Assembly (NCBI GenBank): GCA_973895155.1
Contig: OZ316895.1
Location: forward strand, 14,256,225-14,320,224
Source of the DNA: Marsupella aquatica
Lineage: Eukaryota > Plantae > Marchantiophyta
Direction of reading: 5' to 3'
Length of the DNA: 64,000 nucleotides
In this document: positions 53,727-64,000 of the stretch, one piece after another
Layout: each line of letters begins with the position of its first letter
Numbering within the stretch: position 1 is the first letter of the stretch
Notes under the pieces: generated by a model
What the model saw: the letters and a program-made list of their open reading frames with translations, nothing else
Told to the model about the DNA's origin: nothing
Database searches by the model: none
Position numbers and translations under genes: made by a program

Positions 53727-54128
53727 GGGTGGCTTTACAAGAACTTGGGGGCATAAATTCACTTTTTTCTAAGTGAGAGATGCAATCCTAGCCATTCATA
53801 TGTGGGAACTGGCCACACTTCACTTTACATGAACTTGGGGGCACAATCAAGCAAAAACATACCAAAGCTGGTCATCTGTCAGTGGGCCCCTTGTTGGGTC
53901 CTTTTTTTGCTGATGTGTGCAAGTTTTTTGTCAAAAGCTTAGGCCTCCTCTTGAGGTGGTCTAAAAACCTGGAGCAAACGGCTGCTTATTTTCAAGAAAT
54001 TACATGATTACTTCTAAACCTGACACATTTTGGCTCATGCATTTTAATTTTTGTGTAAGTAAATGGCCATCAACTTTGCTTTGGATGGAGAGACACTGAA
54101 CAGCCCTCAAGTCTTGTAAAAACCCCCC
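53727..54128. mobile_element. Tourist/PIF-Harbinger-like MITE (~400 bp)
   Basis: TIRs GGGTGGCTTTACAAGAACTTGGGGG and CCCTCAAGTCTTGTAAAAACCCCCC. Flanks CTA and TTA fit a TTA-type 3-bp TSD. Confidence 0.6.
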
Positions 54129-56764
54129 TTAATGTAGGTGGTGAATGTCTATTAAAACTTGAGGAAAAACTATATTAAGCATTAGGATATTTTCTCAGCT
54201 AAAACATTTGGAAGCAGATCAAATCCCATCCCAGCTCATCCCTCTCCAGTTTTCCATTTTGATGATTTGTCATTGATCCTTGTCAAAGCAATAAAGAACC
54301 CTCGTAGACCACTGGCACAGAGCCACAGCACTGCGAATTTCCGATTGGAGCATTCTTCATCTCCGTCAACAGCAGTAAAGACCTACCGTGGACCGCATGG
54401 TACAGTTTAACAGGAGCACTTTTTAATGCACCCAATTCCATGGAGAAATTAATTAAGCGACTTTTGCACAATCCCGACCGTCGGAACTTGAGATGAAGGG
54501 CTTCGATCTGCGGACGAATTCGGAATTTCCAACGCAATAACATGAAGCCTAGTCTACTTACCACTAAAGAACAGGGCTACAGGAGTTCTGACTAGTAGGC
54601 TAAAAGGGGAAAAAAGGAATAGTCTAGTCCTGTCCAGACCAGTCATCATTATTCTCCTTTTCAACGTACGACAGAGCGCGACGCCGTTCATTTTCTCTCG
54701 GTACTTCTCTACCACTATAACAGTTTTAAAAATATAAAATAAATTAAAGGGCTTCCTACGAGCTGGACAAATAGTCTTTTTTTAGTTGGCGAATTTTTTG
54801 CTCAACTCTTACCTCCGACAACAACAATTCCTAGCCAATGATACAATGACAAATTAGGAGACAAATAAAGCCAGAATTTGCCTTTTAAATGCCGTTGGAT
54901 TCCTCAGATCTTTGAAGATCTGACCGCTTTCCTTAAGATATGGGAAGATCTAATGGCTTTCCACAACCTTATGAATACTTATAAAGAAATATAGGTGGGT
55001 CCCATGTATTGTCCCTCCTACAGTAGACCCTTGACGAAGTTACCAGCTCAACCCCCTCACCAAAACACACAAAAAATCAATCTTAGTTATTTACTCTCAT
55101 AGTCAAAAACATTCAGACATAATTCTTCTTTTTGGGCATCCACATTGTTAATGGTTGAGACTGAAATGATTTCACTAGTTTGGTTTGTTTGTTTTTAGTT
55201 TTTTAGAAAGAAGGCAACTTTGCGCAAGTGAATATCAAACACCATCACGGCAAAGCCAAGGGGGAAAACAGACACACACAAGCCCGAGCGCTGGAGCACA
55301 GGCCAACAAACCCAAAAGCCAAAGCACCACACACTCCGAAGTGGTGATGACACAGCACAGGCCACCCAGGCAAAACTACCTGAAATGTTTCAATTTGTTT
55401 CATTCCTTGCTATCTATTGATTTGACATTGAGGATCATAAGTCAGAAACATTCATCAGCCTTGACATTGTTTGTGTTTTTGGGCACCCAAATTGTTAATG
55501 GTTGAGACTGAAATGTTTCAATTTGTTTTATTCCTTGCTGTTTAGGTGATGTGAAATAGAGGATCAAGATGTTCAGTATCAAGACTAATCACAAGTGAGC
55601 ACGAGACCAAGAGATGCAAGTTGAATATTGAGGTGATTTCACCAGTATCTCCATTCCAAAAAGTGAGAGAAATGGTACAAATGCTCATGCTCTATAGCAC
55701 AGCATCTTGAATACCTTGAAGGGCATACTGGATTGGTTCTAACCACTGACAAAAAAAATTATTTCCCTTAAAGTATGTCCAAAGTCCAGTTCAAGGAAAC
55801 AATCACAAACATTTTCCCTTCCCCCCAACTGGCAGCTGCTTACAGTCCATCCCAGATGTGAGATTCAAGTGCTCTCTCCTCTGTGCTTTAACTCCCACAT
55901 CAGCAGATCAACCAAAAATTCCACATTCACCTCAACAAGGCTGATTCAAAATTGTTTTAATTGCCCAGAATAAGGCAGTCTTACCTTTCAGTACCATTTG
56001 TAACACTTAGCTAACAGAGTTGTAAACATGACTCGCACTTACTCATATACATTCTGATATTCATTAACTCCATTGGGCCTTTCTAATGCTTTGCTACTAG
56101 ATTCGCCATCCCAGATTTGACTAAAAATGAAGAGACTGTTATGAACAAACACAAGACATAAAATTAAAACAAAAACAAACAAACACAAGACATGTAGAGC
56201 TCACACTTATGAAGAGCTCAGAACCTATAGTAAGGGAGTCATTGAATGTATAGAGCTCACTAAGTGTGATTCAGACCATAGGGTTGCATCCAAACAATCA
56301 CTTGGGATGGATCTCTAGCATGTTTGCTAGAATGTAGTGTCATTGTAGAGTGTGCATATCTTTATAAATTCAAGTATTGTGAATGTAGATCCCAAAGCAA
56401 CACCCCGAGCACTACAAGAGCCCAATCTCAACCTTGTCATATTTACATGTCATCAACAAGCATAGATCTCCTATTCTGCATAAGGACAAGTGTGCATGTT
56501 CGCTAGATTTACCATCTTCCCCCGAAACACAGTTGAACAAAAAACTATTTTAACTCGAACACAACATCTGTTTCACAGAACTCCTGGGTGGGGTTTTGGA
56601 ATTGGAAGTTGTGTTGGCGATTTGACCCTAAATTGCTCTGCATTGAACGCAAAAGGTACAAAATCCATGAACCATAAGACACACTATTATTTAAACACAA
56701 TGCCATGCAAGTATAAAAAAAAATGAAAACAGACACTTAGCCAAAACTTGAATACAATGCCCGA

Positions 56765-57147
56765 GGCGCACTATTCAACTAGAGTGCCCCATGCTCCACT
56801 ATTAGAATACAGCACCATGAGGTTGTGTTCAGGGGAATATGGTAGCAATGTCATGGGTGGATGGGTAGCTTTGGGACACTTCAGTAAACAGGGCGCACTA
56901 TTCAACTAGAGTGCCCCATGCTCCACTATTTGAATACAGCACCATGAGGTTGTGTTCAGGAGAATATGGTAGCAATGTCATGGGTGGAGTGGTGGTAGCT
57001 TTGGGATACTTCAGTAGACAGGGCGCACTATTCAACTAGAGTGCCCCATGCTCCACTATTCGAATACAGCACCATGAGGTTGTGCTCAGGGGAATATGGT
57101 AGCAATGTCATGGGTGGAGTGGTAGCTTTGGGATACTTCAGTAGACA
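56765..57147. repeat. Near-identical tandem repeat, ~128-bp unit, 3 copies
   Basis: GGCGCACTATTCAACTAGAGTGCCCCATGCTCCACTATT.GAATACAGCACCATGAGG occurs three times. Confidence 0.95.
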
Positions 57148-59141
57148 AAGAGCGCAGACTAGTGTCGGGAGTGCCACACAACCACTAGTGGCTACAATGC
57201 ATCTTGTGAGTTGTGTCATTAGAAACCTCATATGGTCTCAACTTGGGTCTCAATGCTTGAGGACAAACTATGCATGTAAGGCCGTGAGCATGTCCTAGAG
57301 GCAAGGCAGTCAATGAGTGACAAATAGAAATAAGGGCACGCTTGGTAGAGTTGCTTCAAACAAGCAGTGGGCTCCAACCTTTCATTTCTACTTATGGCAA
57401 GATTGGCGAAGTCTGGGAGGTTCAAGTTGTTGATTGGTTTAGCAACAGTTCTTGAGTGGGAGACAAGACAATGGTCAACTTGTCCGTTGCAACCCTTGTG
57501 AAATAAGGTACATTTGCCTTGATGACCCCAATGTATGTGTAGATCATTCTTGAGTCACAGTTGAATCCATGACCATCAGCTTGTTTATAACCAATTTCTC
57601 ATTGCCATGTTAGTGCAACTTCATATAGTAGTTGTTGCGAGCAACAAAGGGGTCATTTGAGATAGCTTATTTGAGATTCAATGATGTGTTGAGGCGAGCT
57701 CTGTCCAAGAAGAGAGGATTGAACTTGATCGATGCACTTTATGGGAGGTTTTCAGTGGTGAACCTAGCCACCTAGCACCTTCACCAAACCCAATTGCTTG
57801 CCTAAGTACTCTTGGTGCTCGAAAGTCTACACTTAACTTATTTATATAGTACTCAAAGTATAAACCTTTTTATAGATTTCTTAAGTGGAGAAATCTTTCC
57901 TGGAGAAATTGTTTCCGATAGATTTCATCTGAACTGATAACTCAAGATTGGTAGCTACGGAGAATGTTCTTGAGAAAAATTCCGAGAAAAATTCTGTCAG
58001 CTATGGAGACCTGTAATCAAACCGCACAAAAACGAGAGCAAACATGGACTTATGAGCGTAATAAGAGATTGGAGCTACTGAAGATTGTATCTGCACATTG
58101 ATTGAGCAAATATGGACTATTGAACGTAATATGACTTTGGAGCTACCTAAGATTGTATCGGCACCGTAAATGATAACACTACAAACAAAGGAATGAAAGT
58201 GAAATGATAGATATGGAGGTCGAACGCAAGGGATTTGATCCTGATTTCAGAAGAGGGTAATCTCAATCATCTGAAGAGGTACTGTGAAGATTCTGCAGAT
58301 GCAGATTCTGATCCTTGTCAGAGTACAATTTTCCCAAATATTTCCCGAGATGGACTATCTAAATGGTCTTCATCAGAGGGAAAATTTGCCTGGAATTTCC
58401 CTACATGGACAATCTCCCTCCGGTTCAATGTCAGCTTGAAGGAAATTCGTGTCTAGTGTTTCGTCACCCAGTAGGCGTGAAGTCTGACGTGCATAAGTTT
58501 GTTTCCAGTAGAACGGAAGGACATCTAGAATGAACCTTTTCAAAAGTTTGGCAATGAACAGTCGTCGATAGGTGCGATGTCTTTGGGGGTTAGTTTATGT
58601 TTTCCTCTTCTCTTGGAACCAAGCCTGTATGTAAAAGCATCCTGATTCTCGCCCAGACAAGAGATTGATTTTCACAGAGATCACCGCCGGTTCCTTTTTT
58701 GTCATTCTTCAGACTTACGATGCACTACTGCCAGCATTGAACTTGGGACTCGGGTAATCATCTGGCTCTTACACACTAAACTACTCCAAGGCCAGGAACG
58801 AAATAACATCAGAAACGCGCATCAGAAACGCGCATCAGATGTGGCCGCATCAGATCTTAGACACTATTAGGTGGTTCTCATTATTCGCGTAAATTTGGTT
58901 CAAAACTTTCATTGCATTTCATGTCACAGAAACCATGACTTCCGAATTGCGCAAATTCCACACAGAGAAGAAGGCACCTGAGAGCTCAAGTTATGTTAAC
59001 TGAGAATGGTTTACTCTAGAGCTCATTAGATACCGCAGTATTTCATTCAACAATCCAGACCTGCATCTGGCACCGCCATGCTACCTTTGACAGCAGCCAC
59101 GATATGACTGGCTCTTGCAGGCCTATATATAAATTCAAGAG

Positions 59142-62100
59142 TTAGTAATCACTAGCATTACTGTCATCCTCCGATCGAGATCTCAAAAATCTAAATGGGG
59201 GATCTCCCATCGAAGTGAAAGGCATCAAACCCAGAATGCGGGCTGTTTTAATTTCTCGAGCAACTTTTCTCTGTGCCTTAGCACTGATTTGAAACTGCCA
59301 GCGGGGATAAAACAACAAATCAACAAGTCAGCAAATATGAATCCCGGCAAATGGAAGTCAACCAGCAGCTCCAAACTGTAGTGTAAGAAAGCCCTCTTAA
59401 TGACATTATGATAACAACTTGAAGGAAATAATGTGCTTACATGTCTCTTTGGAAGGATTCTGGATGACTCTCGTAAAAATTTTGACAGATATCTGGGATT
59501 CTGCAGATACAGTACAGTGCACCAAGTCACATTAAGATTGGTAATTGTGATGGTCAGCAATAAGACTATACAGTAGAGTGAGAACGCTTGCTAATAGCCT
59601 GTCTCAATCGTCAACTGCAGCTTTGTATGGAACGGATGTCTTGCACGAGATGGGAGATCCCACAATAAATCGGCTAAATCGTACTTGGCTTGCAGTTATC
59701 CACTGGTACACAAACTATGATCAAAGAATCGATCACCTTTTCAAAATAATAAAGTCATTCACATGATTTATAGTTCAATGACATGTTAGCGAGCTAAAAG
59801 CTGCTGCGTTTACAGAGCCGCATTATGTACGTTACAAAATGTCCATACCCTAAAGTCGGCAACTTGAAAAACCTCTTTGGAGGAATATTTTTTTCTGGTT
59901 CGTACTGTAGGCTTCTCCAGGGCTGCTTCCTTTGAAAGATCCAAATCCTGTCATCCCAACATGTGTTAGTTATAAGTATTTCAAAACTCAACATCGGGAT
60001 TAGAAGCTCTGAGGTACTCTGGGGCTACATAAAAACAAAATTATCCAACTGACGTGGATAAGGCAGCCAGAAGACATTCCGTACCTCTGGGTCATATGTT
60101 TGTCCCGGGAAAAAAAGTCTGTCAGGTCTCATGCGGTATTGATTCTCTTCATCTTCCAGATCATACATCTCCATGTTAGACAGAGCATAGTCTGTCAACA
60201 CCTTAGCTTTATTATCGGTCCAATCCTCATCCTCACCATTGTCCAGAAGATCATCCCCATCAGTCTTCATACCCCTCGCCGATCTACCGATGTCATCCAA
60301 ATCCCTCAAAAACTCATCATCAATAGATTCATCTTCATCATTTGCACTCCCCAGCACACGATACTCAAAATCATCAAGAGCTTCAACTGGTAAGTCTTCC
60401 ACTGGAGCTCGAGTTGGTTTGCTTGGCATATGTCTCTCTGTACAACACCCAAGCATCTCAGTATCTGTTTACATGTAGCTTATTCCTTACAGTAAAAGAA
60501 ATTAAGCAATCCCAGAAACAAGCGTCTCCCACTGTCCTGGCTCTCGTAGCAAATTGATAGCTGCAAATTGTGCAAACTGTCTTACAAGTACTCGAAATAT
60601 AAAAACTCCAGTGCATCAACCTGAAAAAAGCGCAGGCCGCTTTGCTGATTCTTGGAACAACGGACCCCGCCGATCTCCAGTGCTGGAGTTTTTATTAAAT
60701 GCTGTGTCTACTCAGACCATAAGAGAGTAACCAACACTCCTTAATCAGTAATGATGCATAAAATACACAAGTTCTCTAGCCAGTAGGTGACAGTCATGTA
60801 ATGAAAACAAGAAACAGATAACAGCTATAATGACTACTGACCAGAGAACAAGCTCGATTTTGAATTCTCCCTTCGAAATGGGTTTCTAAGATTGGAAACT
60901 TTTGAATCTTCAGCAGGTCCTGTACAAGCACAGAGGAGTGATACTTGGAGGATAAAACTGGTTACTCTGAGACTAGTTGAAAGACAGGATAAAGCACGTG
61001 AGCACAAGGAATTCGAATGCATTTAGCATTGAGCCAGGGTTCACTGACGCCAACGATTTAAGTATTGTTAATGGAGCTATCATAGAAGACTAGAGTACTT
61101 CAACAAATGTATCCCCCAGAAAGAATATGTGCTCAGGGAAATTGGAAATTACCATCTTTGCCAACCGTCTTCAATGCAGATTGGAAAATAGAGTCCAAAG
61201 GCGATAACCTTGGTCTAGGACTCGAGCCCTCTGAAATGAGAAGTAACTAAACCTGTCAGCGTACCTCAGGGGAAACTATTCTAGTAACTGATCATCTCAG
61301 TACAAATCTGAAAATGGGTGGTTCATGCCTCATTTCTCCAAAAGAAAAGCACATTTTAACCACAAGTGGGCAAATATTCTGGTCCCTAGCAATCACCACA
61401 ACTGAGAAAACGCACACCTGGTCAAGTATGGTACCTGAAATACCAGACGGCTTTGCATCATCTTTCGTCTGGGAGCTTCCACTGAAATTATCAAAATCGA
61501 TTGCCTTGCTAGCTAGAAAGACAACAAATTTAAACACCAAGTCGTGTGGATCAGGACGATTCCCGTGGCTATATCCAATCGGTCGTGGTCGCAGAGTAGA
61601 TTCAATGAAAGCACAGAAAACGTCAACATTCTCAAAGACTGGTTAGGAAGTCCTAGTTCCAAAAGCAAAGGCAAAATTTAGGGTTTGAACGATCTCTAAT
61701 CATTATTCGATCCATCGGAGGAAGTAGTGTCAACGATATCTATACCTGGTCCAAGAGACCTCGACACGGTATCTTCAACTTGGGAATTGATAGTAGTACT
61801 CGCATCTGTCTCCACGTCTGCACTGCTAGCTGTAAATTAAACGATTCGATCAATAATCTCGATCGATGATATATGAGTAAAGATCTTCTCACAGGGCAAC
61901 CCAAAATAAACAAGCTCGTAACGTACTTACATTTCGCAAGCCTGTCTTCAATCCACTTTCTCCACATCTGTTTCTCCTCTGCACCTTCAGGCGCAGCCTT
62001 GTCGTGTCCCGAAGAGCCTTCGAGTGGCTCCTTAGGCTCGCCGGTGCCCCGGCCATCGTCTGCGCACAGTGAATGTGCCCAACAAACGAAAATTCAAACC

Positions 62101-62467
62101 ATTAGGATTATACTACAATGATCTCAAAAACCAGAGTCGTGTCGTGTCCCGAAGAGCTTTCTCATGCGTTAAACCCTACCCTTATCGTAACCATATCATG
62201 AAGCTGGAAGCTATCTATCCAATCAGAGACTGCGTTGACGATGCCCATCTCCGGCATTGTAGTTAGTGACGACAACAGCGGTATATAGACGGACTTGAAC
62301 TGCAAACCAGCGGCAAATTCTTACTTACTTGAGAATCTGCTGTTCACTGTCGAAGAGATACCTCTGATATGTAACTTTTGAATGAGGCTATTAATGAATT
62401 GATCGTCAACAGCAACATTCCAAGTGCCCGCCCCCTGGCGCACAATGCGCCACCCGCGAAAACTCAT
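59142..62467 (-). CDS. RPS18: Nucleus-encoded mitochondrial ribosomal protein S18 (bS18m), 11 exons, ~443 aa
   Basis: C-terminal S18 domain ADFR|NPRYLSKFLRESSRILPKRH|FQISAKAQRKVAREIKTARILGLMPFTSMG, preceded by the plant-type RPD..F.PGQTYDPEDLDL segment. Arg-rich N-terminus MSFRGWRIVRQ resembles a presequence. Exons 62467-62329, 62059-61931, 61829-61746, 61512-61435, 61230-61153, 60919-60842, 60701-60621, 60437-60085, 59947-59849, 59500-59441, 59294-59142. Confidence 0.9.
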
Positions 62468-62684
62468 TGCGGGAGACCAATGCAAAAGCTGACGAGTAAT
62501 CCTGTCACCCACATGTGTAATTGCGCACCATGCCGTCGATGAGTTGTGTCTGAAGTTTTGCCTAGAAATTTATTCAACTCTGAACACTTCCTCGTCAACA
62601 AAGGGCTAGTGTAAACCCCAATTTCGTTCAACAAGACGGAGAATAGAAGCACAACTCAAAATTCTGGACGACTCCAAAACCCCT

Positions 62685-62693
62685 AAACCCTAA
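62685..62693. promoter_or_regulatory. Telo-box (AAACCCTAA) upstream of the ribosomal protein gene
   Basis: CCCTAAACCCTAA lies ~220 bp upstream of the bS18m ATG. Telo-boxes are typical of plant translation-machinery genes. Confidence 0.5.
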
Positions 62694-63038
62694 CACACAG
62701 AGGAAAGAGGCTTCGGTCCAACAAGAAGGATTCGGGAAATTTGTGAGATTTCTGGTCCCCACCAGATCTACAGAGACCATCAGATGCACGGAAAGGCCAT
62801 TTCAGTGAGCTCCAAAGCGAGCAATGTTCTCAACAATCTCAGCTCCGCAGCGAAGTTTCTGGTCGTCACCACATCTACAGAGACAATCAGATGCACGAAA
62901 AGAGCTCCAAAGGAAGCAATATTCTCATCAATCTCCGCTCAGCAGCGCAATGCAGCAGCGGATTGAACCACCACCTGATAGGTCCTAGCCCTAGCGCGGA
63001 ACAAGGAAAAACAGCAGTCCACATACTCCTGTACTCTG

Positions 63039-63790
63039 TTCTGTGCGCAGTTCACTACTTCACTACTTCACATTGCGACCTGAAGCAACAACCCGTTCGA
63101 ATCAAAGGAAGTACACTAACTCTCTCTAAGTGCATCATGCAGTAAACCAGGGATTGCATTCCTTGTTAAGCGCATACCCTTTCAAAAGAGCACTTATCGA
63201 AACTGCATCATTTACATGCCTTTGTTAAATGTTTTGTGCACCACTTCACTATTCCACATTGCTTAGTAGACCTGAAGCAACAACCTCTTCGAATCAAAGG
63301 AAGTACAGTGAACTCTCTCTAAGTGCATGCTCTCTTGATGACAAATGCAGCATGCACTAAACCAGGTATTGCATTCCTTGGTAAGCGCATACCCATTCAA
63401 AAAGTGCACTTATTGAGGACGACACCACAGAGTGGATCATTTGCATCCCTTTGTTAAATGTTCTGTGCACCACTTAACTAGTCCACATTGACTAGTAGAC
63501 CTGAAGCAGCAACCTCTTTGAATCAAAGGAAGTACAGTGAACTCTCTCTAAGTTTCCTCTGGGATGATGGATCCAGCATGCACTTAACCAGGTATTGTCT
63601 TGATATATGCATACCCCTTCAAATGTGCATTTACATCCCTATGTTAAATGTTCTGTGCACCACTTCACTAGTCCACATTGACTAGTAGACCTGAAGCAAC
63701 ACCTCTTCGAATCAAAGGAAGTATAGTTAACTTTCTCTAAGTGCATGCTCTTTGGGATGATGGATCCAACATGCACTAAACCAGGTTTGC
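63039..63790. repeat. Tandem repeat, ~180-235-bp variable unit, 4 copies
   Basis: CTGTGCACCACTTCACTA...GACCTGAAGCAAC..CCTCTTCGAATCAAAGGAAGTACAG..AACTCTCTCTAAG occurs four times. Confidence 0.9.
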
Positions 63791-64000
63791 ATTCCTTCAT
63801 AAGCACACACCCCAGCCATTTATTTGTTGTTTTTAAACATTAGCCAAGCTGGCTACTATTTTATGCTCCAGACAAACACTGCTCTGGTTATAGAGTACTT
63901 TATGACTATTGTAGAGTATTTCTTGGCTAACCCTCCCCCATAGTGCATTAAGTGGTGGCGAATGAAACAGAATTTTTTAAATTTCACCCTGAGTATCATT

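Noticed and set aside
58370-58625. Alternative last coding exon for bS18m
   Set aside because: The true S18 C-terminus and stop are at 59294-59142. This region is at most 3' UTR.
1-64000. Conserved miRNA, tRNA or rRNA genes
   Set aside because: None recognised by eye. An Infernal/tRNAscan search would be needed to exclude them formally.

Overview
Eukaryotic nuclear DNA from a land plant, probably a bryophyte such as a liverwort (inferred from gene style, long UTRs and the TE types present; the taxon cannot be proven from this window). Four intact spliced genes were reconstructed by hand with in-frame GT-AG exons: sucrose-phosphate synthase (+, 9581-16465), a ZUFSP/ZUP1-Mug105-type peptidase C78 deubiquitinase with an inserted ZZ zinc finger (-, 20115-24087), an SCP/CTDSPL-type CTD phosphatase (-, 48207-51284) and a nucleus-encoded mitochondrial ribosomal protein bS18m with an expanded N-terminus (-, 59142-62467). 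About 26-45 kb is a gene-free TE nest. It holds a full-length, young Ty1/copia element (344-bp LTRs, AACAC TSD), a related solo LTR, decayed CRE-clade (restriction-like endonuclease) non-LTR retrotransposon copies and a long-TIR element. Several minisatellite arrays and a Tourist-like MITE lie elsewhere. The most interesting points are the ZZ finger inside the DUB catalytic domain, the CRE elements, a stop codon exactly at the copia gag/pol junction, six consecutive symmetric phase-1 exons in bS18m, and the missing canonical SPS phosphosites. No rRNA, tRNA or CRISPR array was seen.
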